A stretch of 64,000 nucleotides of DNA from Octopus sinensis (lineage: Eukaryota), in the NCBI RefSeq assembly GCF_006345805.1, contig NC_042997.1:22754001-22818000 (forward strand), in the 5' to 3' direction. Position numbers and translations under genes: made by a program. The first letter of the stretch is position 1; every line of letters begins with the position of its first letter. Positions 50,001-63,100 of the stretch are shown here, piece after piece. The notes beneath the pieces were generated by a model. It was not told the origin of the DNA and made no database searches. It saw only the letters and a list, made by a program, of their open reading frames with translations.

Positions 50001-53000
50001 TAGTATGAAGTCAGTTTTGACTCCTTTAATGTACTTCCAACAAAAGTTGGGAGAGAGAACATATCTTGCTTACAATAACTAAAATGTTTTCTCTTTTCAG
50101 AACTGTCTTAGAGTTCGCTTCACCTAATGCTGTGTTTACAAGTGGTACAGCAACTTTTTTCTATGCCTTAAAAAGATTTTGCCTGATGTTTTTTGCTTCT
50201 GCTGCTATTGGTATTGTGATTGGACTTTTAAGTGCTATTGTATCCTTTCATAATGGAAATATTTTTGTAAAATATAATTTGGTAAAATCTCTCATCACAA
50301 ACAAATATGCTTACAAGCAATTTTTTCAAACATAAAACATCTCGAGTGACAAGCAGTGTCTCAAGTAATAAACACTCAAACTGGAAATAATGGTTGGCAT
50401 CAAACTGAGAGTATCCACAGGTGAGTGTCAGTTGCTGTCTAGCTTTCACTCAGTGCACATCCCTGCTCGAATTTGCCGTGCCTTCCTTGAATTTCTTATT
50501 CTTTTACTTGTTGCAGTCATTTGACTGGATCCATGCTGAAGCACCAACTTAAAGGGTTTTAGTTGAAGAAATTGACCCCAGGACTTATTCTTTGTAAGCC
50601 TTGTACTTATTCTATCAGTGTTTTTTGCCAAAGGGCTAAGTTACAGGGATGTAAACACACCAACATCGGTTGTCAAGTGATGGTGGGGGACAAACACTGA
50701 CACACAAATGCATACATATATGACACGCATTTTTCAATTTCTCTCTACCAAATCCACTCAAGGCTTTGGTCAGCCCAAGGCTATAGTAGAAGACACTTGC
50801 CCAAGGTTTCACACAATGGCACTCAATCCAGAACCATGTTCTTGGGAAGCAAGTTTCTTATCACACAGCCACACATTCCTATAGGGATAATAGTTTCAGT
50901 TTTTGAACGTTTCAGGTGATGAATGGCCTTCAAGAACAATTGAATTTGTAAACTAAGGTTCCACTTATATATATTATAACTAAAACTAGTATCTGCATAT
51001 TCATTTTTTATTAATGCTATTCAACTGTGGACCATTACTTGATCACTTCTTTCAAGGGTTTTAGTTGATTATAATGACACCTCCTGCTCTACTTGTTTCA
51101 GTCTGTTATCTTATTTATATTTATCAAAATGCTAAATTACAAGCTTTAATACAACAACAAGTGGTTTAAGTGGGCTTGAGTGGAGCTGGCTACTAGCTGG
51201 AAAGAGTGATACTATTGTAGTAGTAGTAGTAGTAGTAAACAAAGTAAGGAAATTTCACATCTGTAAGCCAATGATTGCATTATTTTGGTGATTAACTTAT
51301 TGCCGTTCAGTCAAGTGTCCTTCTGGATGAAGTCTAGGGTGGGTGGGCGGATGTCTATGTGCAGCTGCACTACCATTCAATATGTACAAGTGATACTTCA
51401 ATGTGAGACTTAATTGCACTTTATAGAGGAATTGAGTTACCTAAGAGGAAATAGTCTGATTTAAAAATAGTGTCATAGCAAAGTTTATAAAAGAGTTTCA
51501 TTGGATAGAATACAGTTTGGATTTCAGCAGTGTATGGAGTCTTAGGTTCTGTCTTTGTTTTAACAAAGAATAAATAAAACACTATGCTCTGCATTCATCA
51601 AGCTAGAAAAGGCTTTTCACAGTTTATGCTCTTTAGTTTGATTAATGCTGTTAAAGATAGATCTAAAGGAACAGCTAATGATAACTCTTTGATTTGAGTT
51701 TTGTGGGGTTTTTTTTTCATAATCTCACTGGGACTCAGAATTGAATACTCTTTGGTAACCTTGTTTTTAATGCAAAATACAGAAAATGTTTTAAACTTCC
51801 AAGAGCGGTTTGATGTCAAACTGTTGAAAGCTCATTGAGTAATACGACACTAAATAGCAACAGATGCTACAGCATGGTAGCATTTGGGAATTGTCTTTGC
51901 TCATAGTGTAAGGAGAGAGTTGATCTATTCTCAAACCCCAGGAGTCCAAAGATTTATATTTAGCACTGATGTCAATAATGTTTAGCATATAAGAAAATAC
52001 TTTTTAGCTGGACACCAGTCTGTTACATGTAGATATGCTGAAAAACCTGATGTCTGTTCCCAATAGGCAGATGAAATAAGGTATGTACTCACGGGTGTAG
52101 CAAAAAAGTTGCAATGGATTTGAACTCACAGGCCATAAATTAGTCTGAGGAAAGAGCTTAATATTGGGTCTGTAGACTGAAGGGAATTAGAAATTTAGTT
52201 GCACTTGATTTCATAGTGACTTAGACTAACCAGAAAAAATATCTCTAAATAAATAATTTATTTCCATTTTATGAAAATGGTAATTAGTATTATCTAAAAG
52301 AAGTGTTGTGACATTTCATGAATATCAACATTGATACAAGAAACATAATATATATACTAACTGTAAAGAAATTATTACTAATTTACTGGTTGTTTAATGC
52401 AAATTTTAAGTTTTATTATCACCAGCATATTTTCTTAAATCCTGATTTATTTACTGTCATTTATGCAAATATTAATCAAGATAGTAAACAGTAACATTAA
52501 ATTATTGTAACATTGCTTTACATTAATTATAAAAAGAAACAGTGGTTGTATTCTTGTAATTTCCTTAATAAGCTTCAGTTACTGAAATCTATTGATTTAA
52601 GAAAAACTCCCTCCCTTGAATTTGGTATGATGCTTGTGTTCTCCTACTTGCCATATGGCCTTGCTGAAGGAATCCATTTATCAGGTATTATACATTTATT
52701 TATTTATTTATTTAGAGTTTGTAAAAGATAGAAAATACTGTTGCATATATCATCTCTTGTTACATATTTATTCGTAAGATTGTAGTTATGGTGGATATTT
52801 GTTGTAAACTGAAAAAAAAATACAGACAATTAAACAGCTGTGGGTCCATGAAACCCAAGCTATTGCAGTACATCGTCCTTGCCCAAGATGAAGCAGTCGG
52901 CACAGTGACGTCCTATTCGTGGTCTGGTATAGCTCTTTATTCCAAAGTTTGGTACCAGTCCTTCCAGTATCTTCGATGTATATATATATCATTGCATACC

Positions 53001-56000
53001 TCTCCTGCCTTCTTTCCAGGGAATAGAGTCATAGCTCTTTCAATCTGTCCCAGTAGCTCAGTCATTCCATTGATGCAATTTTCTTTGTGTAATGCCGTTG
53101 GACTGCTTCAAACTCTGTTATCATCATTGCAGTATAAGGTGACCATAGCTGAGAGCAGTAGTCCAGTTGGCTGAGGATAAATGACTTCCATAGTGTCATC
53201 ATAGTTTCTTGCTCCCTTGTCTGCAAAGTTCTCAGAATCCAACTGGCCAGTCTTCTGGATACTGCTACCATTTTGTTGATATGTGTGTGAAATGAGGCAT
53301 TGTTGCTCATTTCTCTCCCAAGATCATGCACCGTATTTGATTCTGGGATCATTGCTCCACTTGGACCAACGTACTAATATCCTAATTCCTGAGCTGTGCT
53401 TAACTGGTAGCGGAGGGCCTGGAATTTACTTGCATGTTGTTATCCTCAGCCCATGTATAGAGGGCATCTAGATCTTTCTGCAAGAGCGTAGCATCAGAGC
53501 TTTCCTTGACTGACTGCAACTTTTGTGTCATCGGCATAGCTGGTAAGCATGGCTGCCTCTGTCACTGATAGTATATCCAATAGTGCTACTATGAAAAGCA
53601 TTGGCCCCAGCACAATGCCCTGGAACACTCCACTCATTATTGGTATCTCTGTGGAGAGAGCATGGGTTGACTGCTACAGTTTGGTTCCTGTCCTTTAGGA
53701 AACCATGCAGCCACTCTCCAACTTTACCATAAATATAGGACGAAAGCTGCTGTTGATTAGCTCCGAAAGGCCATCGCCTCTAGCTAGCTAGCTATATGAC
53801 ACATGAACCTGTGTTCATTATAACTTTCAAACAGGGGAGGTCAGCCACTTCCCCTTTGCTGGTCAGGCATCTGCAGACATGTTTCAGGGTATTTGCCCTT
53901 TATCAATGCAGAGTAGTCAAACCCAGCAGACGTTGCTGCTGACCGTCTGTTCGAAGGATTATTTACCTAATTTCAGTGGAATAAATCCACTGGTTTTTAA
54001 AAATACATTCATCTGATCGGTTACAGATTTACTGTTCTTAAACAAGAATACTATTGATAGTGACTTTGAAGTTTCAGCCAGCTAACCCATTGAGGGACTG
54101 CTTACTGTCCAATGGTGGCTTATATGTGTATATGTACCTTGGTCCAGTGCTTTGTAAATGTAATTTGGTAAATAGAAATTTTGCTAGAATCCACTGTGTG
54201 TGTGTGTGTGCACATGCAGGCATATCTCTCAGTGAAGCTTGTTTGTGTCAGTGAAAAAAATCAAAAACTGGTGCTTTTTGAATAGAATCTCTTGTGACAT
54301 TTGTTCTGCACCAAATTATACAGGCATTCCTTTGTTACACTTGCCTTCAGAAACCTGTGATGGGTTCTTTGGAAACTTGTTACCAATGATGCAGTTACTC
54401 ACTGACTGCAATATAAAATAAATAAAAGGTAAATGTTATCAAATAAGAATTCATTTTGTATGTGAGGAAGGTCGTTATACCAATAATAAACACATACACA
54501 CACACTGGTTCTGTTTCACTTCTTTATTATTTATCTGTTGGTTAACCATTCAACCAATTAATTAATTGATTGATCAATTAGTCATATGGTTAATCAATAA
54601 GTTATGTCTGTCAAAACCTTTTCACCACCATTCACAACTTCATCAGTGACATGCCCTAAGCTGAATTGAAGTAGAGGATGCGTGTCATAAATTAGGTTGG
54701 GGATGGTGATGAAATGACTTTGACTAACATACCTAATTAAATGATTGATTAACCAAATGATTAATCACACAATCAATTATTTAACTGCTTAAATAATTAA
54801 CCAATTGGCAAATAATAAAACAGTTAAATAGAATCAGTACATGTGTTTATTATTAGCAGAATAACTCCCACCAAGATACAGCAAAATCTGTTTCAACACA
54901 CGATTTCATATCAAGTACGAAAATGAATTAATCAAATCAAATACACAAAAATTAAATGAATTAATTTGTTTTTCTTTTTAATTGTTTATCAGCTATATTA
55001 CTGATGAGAACTTTATTAAGTTCTTTATTTCTTTTAAATTTGGAAATACTATTTTGATATTGCAGGGATTATGGCTATTCTGTTTTGTGCTATTGTTATG
55101 TCCCACTATACACATTTAAACTTATCACCCGTGACACAAATAACGGTTCAACAAACTTTTCGAACTGTTGCCTTCATTGCAGGTAATTTCCTTTTATGTT
55201 TTAATTTCATTTAATGCTTTTGATCAAATATCAGAAAATACATGAATACCATGTAGGAAGTTGTTTTAGTTTTTTCTTTTCATATAATTATTTCCCTATC
55301 TCAAAAAATCTATATAGTGTTTGTTAGATGTAATGTCATATGTAACAAGAAAATCAAAATACTTACAGTTTGTAATATAAATTTGAATGAATAATAACAA
55401 CACAATTTGAATTGAACATATAAAGTGTTGTTTGCTGGACTGATGTGAAAATAAGGGGTAAATATTATTTGTTGACATTTGCTGCTAACAAAAACAGACG
55501 TAATGGAGCAAAACCTGTAAAATTCAAACTTGTGTGCATATTATGAGTAAATTATATAATAGATTACACACATATCTAATCCAATATTCCTTTTTTTTAA
55601 CTGTACCTATTCTCATGATATAACACTTTTCACAAATAATTAATAATTTTATTTTGCAGAAACTTGTGTGTTTGCATATCTGGGAATGGCTCTCTTCAGT
55701 TTTCACTTAAATGTGAAGCCTTCTTTTGTAATATGGAGCATTGTAAGTTATTTTAGCATATATTTCATTGTCCTGCTTGAAATCTTTTAAGCTAATACAT
55801 ATAGACACAAATAGGCAGAAGGAAGATATACCTAAACATGAAATGAAACTACTGCATGACCTGTAACAGTTTCTTAAAAACACCACCAATTGTTTTAAAT
55901 TTCATGTAGTGTATCAATAGTAAGTCAGTGTTGGAGCGCATGCCATTCCTAGCTATTGATTTTAGCCAGAAATCACAACTACAAAGGATATGGCTTGTAC

Positions 56001-59000
56001 AACTGGGAATCAATCCAGTATCATAGTCTCAGCTAGCTCGAAGTTTAAGACATTCACACACATATACTCCTACAGCATTTTTATTTCTTACATAATTTTA
56101 TTTCATTTTATTACTATATTGACCTAAGAAGTAATACTTTCCTAAAAGAAATCATTATTATATAAGTAAGCCTTTTAATAATATACTCCAAATTTTACTG
56201 TTTTGTTTATCATGGTTCTGTCTTATTAATCATATGGTGTCCCATTTTAGATGCTTGCAATTTTCATTGTTGTAAGTTTCTTTTGCATCATTGTACAATT
56301 ACATTTTCAAGGAGATAACCAGTCCTACTGCTACTGAATGGTAAATCCAAATTATTGTTTAACGATTGCCTTATGGTAGTTCATAAATGCATTTTATGTT
56401 TACTGATATTTGCATGTGGTCTCAGTTGTTTAGATCACAACTCACTGTTCCACGGTGTGTATGGAAGTAAAGTATCAATGAAATTCAACTGTGACCATTC
56501 AGCATGCACTGCAGATAGCGAAAGACTCAATATACCTTCAGTATAAATTTAGGTGGTAAGATGGGGATTATTGAATTCATATGTTCATATAATCATCATT
56601 TTTATAGTGTATGTGACTTTCTGGTTACATCTAAGCCAGTATAAACATCCCAGTCTCAAATAAAAATTCACTTGGAATCAAATGACTCATATTTTGGTGA
56701 GATAGGGCGATACTTTAATTAAAGAAATTTTCAATGTTAATTGTTGAAGAAAACCAAAACATAAACCTTAAAAATTATTTTGTTTGCTCATTATTAGCAA
56801 ATGATAAGTCTATTAGATAGGTTTATTAAGGTATTTTAGGTTGTTTGATGAGTTTCATTAAAATCTCAGATCTGTTGCTATTTTATTTATTTAGTTTATT
56901 TACTTTTTTTTTCTCTTTCAAGCTTCTGAATATCTCTTTTCATTTATCAATTCTTATTTATTTATTGCCTTTTATATTTTACTTAATCATTACTAATCTA
57001 ATTTGTATGAATATTTTTAAATGTTTAAGAAGTTTCTTTATATTTTATTATAGGGTCTATGTCTTGGTGGAAGGGCTTTCAATATATTTCCTCTGAGCTT
57101 TTTGGTTAATTTTTTTAGAGAACACAAAATAACAAAAAGTATGCAATTTATTATGTGGTTTAGTGGTGAGTGTTAACATTACATTTTCATTTGTATTCCA
57201 TAATTTTGCTATTTCCCAAAATCTTGAATTGAAATTAATACAGATTTTTATCATCATCTCTTTCTTCAAACTACTACTCTGTCTAATTTACTTTCTCAAA
57301 TCATTTGTACTTAACTTTTCTTCTTAGTAAACACTGCACATCCAACAACTATTCAATCTATTTTCCCCTCATCACTAATAATCCCATATATTTGAAACCC
57401 TTGTTTCATTGCCAAACATTTCTTGCATATGCTCCAAAATATTTGCCCTCTTGTTTAGAGAGAGAAGTTCTTTGTTTCCAACAGAATGAAGAAAAGTGCC
57501 TTCATTTCTAACTCAAGTCACTTTTCATGAATAGTTCAACTGCCAGTGATCCTACTACAACTTTTGTGTACCCACTTTTAGTCCTGGGTATACTATTGAA
57601 TTTCTGTCTGTTGCCCTCCTGCATACTATTCAGAGCCAGTTCCCTGTTGGTGTACACATTTTTGACTTCCGTTACCAATTAGTATTTTAGCTTCTTTCAT
57701 GTTAACCTGTCTGCATACATTTACAGTCTTTCAGAATATTGATATATTATAAAATAATTATAAATATTTCATTTAACTATAGTTGTATTATTTAAAGTAG
57801 CAGATTAGCCCTATTAGGTAAGATTATCTGGCATGACTTAATATTCTAAATATGAGGTCTGATCAATAAGTCTGAAATGAATGACTATTCATAGGACCTC
57901 TGGGGTCTGTTGCCGTAGTAATGAAACTAAAGCACACAGAGTGAAGCCACTTGAGACAGATAGACCTTAACCATTGTGGCTGCTGAAATGAATGACTATT
58001 CATAGGACCTCTGGGGTCTGTTGCCGTAGTAATGAAACTAAAGCACACAGAGTGAAGCCACTTGAGACAGATAGACCTTGAACTCTGCTGTGCATGTGCA
58101 CTAAGTTTTAACATTCTAGCTCACTTCTGATGTTTACAGCAGTACTTGAAAGGAAGGCGTGTAGCATGTGGTTATCACATTGACCATGACAGAGAAAGTT
58201 GTCATGGCAATACCTGCTCAGAGGCCTATGCAAAGTTTCAGAAAGTGTATGGAGAGGAGTGTATGAGCTACACACGAGTGTAAAGTGGTTCAGATCTTTC
58301 CAAGATGGCCAAAAAAATGTCGATATTGACGAACATTCTGGGAGGCCCACAACCAGAAGAACTGAGAAAAACATCACAGGTGTGCATGCAGCTGTGAGGG
58401 GAAATCATCAAATCACGATCTGTGAGTTATCAGAGGAGTTGCAGATTAGTTACAGTTCAGTTCAGTCCATTATCACTGAAGATTTGGGTATGAGATACCT
58501 GTTTGCTAAGTTTGTGCCAAAACTACTTTTAGCTGACCAAAAAGACACTCAGGTTTCAGTTGCACAATATTTCCTTATCTCAAATAGTCATTACCACTAT
58601 TAGTGTGATGTACCATTGAGAGAGAGAAAGAGAGAGAGAGACTGTTTTCTGGACATTATTTGCCAGATCTATTCTTTCTTAACCATTGTGGCTGCTGAAA
58701 TGAGTGACTATTCATAGGACCTCTGGGGTCTGAGCTACCAGAGCTAACTCATCACTATGCTGTGTATCTTAGTGAGATGTTCAAATGCAGGCTTGCAAGT
58801 GACCTGCAACCTTCTAATATTGAAATGGTTTCTTTTAAGTTGGAACTTTATAGTAATACTACCTTCTTTTATATCCTACTGCATAGCAATGTGGCCATGC
58901 ACATGAGGAAACTGTTAAACATTACAGAAGTGGTAAAGACTGAACTCAAGGTATTGATCCTCATAAAGGGGATAACAAAAGGCTGCAATGGTTAGTGACA

Positions 59001-60129
59001 TGCACTGCTGGAGAAGTCCACCCTTGTAAGCAAGCATGGTAAAAAGAACACTAAAAATGATCATGGTAACAGCTAGGAAGACCTTTCATTCTCATTCACC
59101 ATATCATACTGCTTGTATTGTTTGGGATAGCAGTGGATTTCTTCCTATTCAAATATCTTCTGCCCCACCCCTTTCATCCCTCTTGCTATACTTCTCTCTA
59201 TCCCTCATCGCAGTACATGTGAAATATTGGGTCTTTCCTCTTACACTTCTGACAGCCATCACTCCCTCTCCCTAGAATGTTTGGCAACAGTGCCATCACC
59301 TGCAATGACTTCAGTATGAAGAAATACTTTTTTGAAAATTATATAACAGCAGTTTCTATTCTGTTTATCTTTGTTTTTTTTTTCTTCTTTTTTCTTTTTT
59401 TGTATAGGATTACGTGGTGCAATTGCATTTGCCTTATGTCTTCATTTAGAATTCTCCCCTGAGAAACGATATGTTCTTGTCACAGCTACATTATTTATGG
59501 TTTTGTTCACTATCTTATTCTTAGGAGGTGCAACCATGCCAATCATGAAGGTAACAACACTGTTTGCTTTTTTGTTTAATATCAGTAATTTGTTTTTTTT
59601 TTTTTCATATATCCTTTAACAAAATATCCATTGGTTAACCACAAAGTAAAAAGATAATCATCATCAATATCACTACTCACAATACCGACCTTCTTCATCA
59701 ATCGCTTAATAGTGTTATCTACAATTACATCTTGAAATTATCATTTATATTTCATATATTCTTGATATGATTTCTTCTTACTTTACTGAATTTTGCGCTA
59801 TGCAATGACTCTCTCACTACTAAATTGTCTCAGTCAATCATGGAATAGGTGTATTACTTTTCAAATTAGATGTTCAAACCTCTGTAAATTATAAACATGA
59901 CAATTTTAAGTTTCCAAGCTTAGTGTTCAATTTGAAATATCTTATTTCAACTTTCAGATTGGCTTCTGTATAATTTGTATATTTCAGTCTTTTCAAAAAA
60001 AGCTTTCCTTATGATCACAACTTAGCCTTAGAAATGTCACAGCAAGTGCCAAAAGGTTATAACATACATGCATTACACACATACATACATATTAGCATAC
60101 ATGCATGCACACAGACAGACAGATGTACA

Positions 60130-60162
<33 letters not shown>

Positions 60163-63100
60163 CAATGTATGAAACTCTCAGACTGTGAGTCACCCTGGAA
60201 CTTCTGCCCATTTTTAATAAGAAAAAGATACATATTCAAGTTTTGAGTTCTGTTTTCATGTTTGCATGAAAATTTATATATGAAGTGAAGTTATTCACTT
60301 TAACCAGGGCATGAAATATTTTCTCTTCACCAATAAATATTAAGTGCTTCTTCTATTCAGTCCAGAACAAGCTTGTTTTAAGTATGTACCATATTAATCT
60401 GTTTTACTTTACATTTATTTACAATATTTAAACATTTTATCTTCAGTTATTAAAAGCAGATAAACGGAAAAAAACAAAATCTGAAATATCATTAAGTAAA
60501 ACAAAAGAAATGGTAAGTTAATGCTTAAAATAAATTAAATAAAATTCTGTATGTGTTCTGTGGTTCAAAAATAATTATTGCGATTAAGGTACTTTCTTCA
60601 TTGATCTTATTTAAATTTTTCTTCATTTTCTTACTGTTTACTTTTGTCAATTTTTTCCCCACAATTATCTATTATTGTGCTGTTGTTACAATAACTACAT
60701 TTTAATTATATGTCTAGCTTGGTTTGTATCTTATGACTATATCATAAAACAAGATGGAACATACTCTGACCACCACATTGCACCCTACACAGCATATTAT
60801 TGTATAAGCCTGCTGTGTGGCCTGGAGACACTGATCTATATCATGTCTGTAGTGATGTACTTGCAGGTTGCTCTCATCCATTTATTCTGACATAAGTTTA
60901 CTCAAACCACATTTACAGTTTATCCTATTGTTGAAGTAGGACAGATAATTATTTAGGCTACTGGTTAAAAATAAGAAAATTAAACAGATCACATTACTCT
61001 TTTGCCAGCACATAATATGCTTTTATCCAACAAGTTATGTTCTACTTTGCATTTATTATTTGGTATGTGATATAATGTTAATCAAAATATATTTAAAATC
61101 ATTTGGAAATTACTTCAACTTCCAATACATTAATACAAATGAAATTTGCAAGTACAAATTCTTATTGATTACTAGCAGCATAGCCCAGCATTGCCCAGGT
61201 ATGTAAGAGCCCCTAGTAGGCAACGACTAATCCCAATCTAGTCCTTTCCCTCTAGGGAACGAAGGCACATGTGTAGGTTGCAATGTCTTCCTTCACTCGA
61301 ATACTTCTGTGTATACGATGTTCCTAGCTGTCCCTTTGGGCGATAAAAAGGTCGAGTTGTGTCCCCTAGACAGAAAATGTGTTGCATATAAAAAGCTTAG
61401 ATTCTCGACCCGATGTCGAATTTATCGATTTTTTTTCAGAACTGGGGGAACTTTTCAAAATTTTCGCTGCGTTAGTTTTGAATTGTGACATTGGGCTATG
61501 TGTGTGTCAAGTTTCATCAGAATCGGTTGAAAGCCGTGGTCAGGGTGAGGGTACAACCTGACAGACACACACACAGACAAACTGCCATTTATATATAGAG
61601 AGATATAACTTTAAAGTTATTTCTGATCACAAAGTACAAAAAAGAAAAAACCCAGGAACAAACATATATAATATCAAGAAATCGTTAGATAAGTCTTCAG
61701 CAACCATTATTCAATATTGGACTTTTATCCTCAATGTTCTTGGTTACACAATTAAGCAATCTCAGTTTTCAGCTTTCCCAAAACCTGATTTTTATTTCAG
61801 TAACACGCTATTGACTGTTGATTTTTATATGGAATATAAAATTATGTTATAGCATGTGACTGTGACACCACATGACATTACCAGGCAGCAAAGCACTTCA
61901 TTTCAAATTGCTCCAATCTACTCATCTGAAAATGAACAGCAGCACAGCACTAATATAGTCCTTTCTGTTCCTTCAGCTTCGTTATTTGCTTGGCCAAGTG
62001 GTTGTGTATTTCAACGTACATGTATCTTTAAAGTAATTTTTTGACAGAATCAGAATGTTACAATGTGTGACAAGGCTGGACCTTCACACGTACACTCTAC
62101 ATAGCCCTCATCTACCCAATTTTATTCGCGAAGTTTGGATCAAATCAAAGCTGTAGTTAATGACACTTGCTCAAGATACCATGGAGGAACTTCTTAAACT
62201 TTTGGTCATATTGTGTTCATTAGAATTATATAGTTCTATAGATTAAGTGTTCACATGGTTTTAATTTGTTTTAACTGATAGTTTTATTTTACAGGGAGAT
62301 ACTGTGGATTCTGAACACCTGTCTGAACTAACTGAAGAAGAATATGAAATCAATTTTGTAAAAACACATTTACGAGGCTTTTTACGTTTTGATGTAAAAT
62401 ATTTAATACCTTTCTTTACAAGGCGTTTTACAAAACAGGTTAGTCTATTTGTTTTACGGCTACATTTAAACAGTTTTTAAATTGCCTAAAGGTAACCATA
62501 AAACTCTCTTGCCACTGTAAATGTATTGAATAAGTAATTACTTCTGGTTGCCATGATCTCTGATAACAGAGATTTCCTCAAAGTGGCTCCAGATCAGGAG
62601 ATGCAAGCCATGGAAGGGGCAGTGCTTCCAGTGGTAGTGCTAACTGCTAAACTCCATCTGAGACTTGATTAACCCCAACTGAGTTACCTGAGTGAGGGTG
62701 CCTGATATTGAAAGATTCAAACACTTAATGACTCCAGGAAGCATCACTATTGATGTCTCCAGGTGCATCACAGGATGATGTATGGAAAAACTTGTTCACA
62801 AAAAGTGCTATAATATAAAATATGATAGCCATCAAAGCCATACAAAGAAGACAGAACCTTAAAATCTTACATATGGACTGTCTCTTGAAATCAATGTTTC
62901 TCAACCTCTTGTAGCTCAGCAAGCCCTTTCACCAAATGGCATTTTACAAATGCTTTCCCAATATATGCAAATAAAAAGCAGCTGATTATTTTTATCAAAC
63001 AGAACTAATTTTGTTCATATTTTTTGTGCTATCCTATCTAGCATGTGTCTCTTAAATATTTGTGTGGATTTGTGACTCCTATGTTAAATTTTTATAGAAA

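Noticed and set aside
50240-50335. Extension of exon 8 as in ORF 50066-50335
   Set aside because: Read-through into the U12 intron; the U12 junction restores the conserved [12 protein letters not shown] sequence.
55001-55023. CTGATGA followed by a GAACT/AGTTC stem, hammerhead-like
   Set aside because: No GAAA after the stem and no stem I partner.
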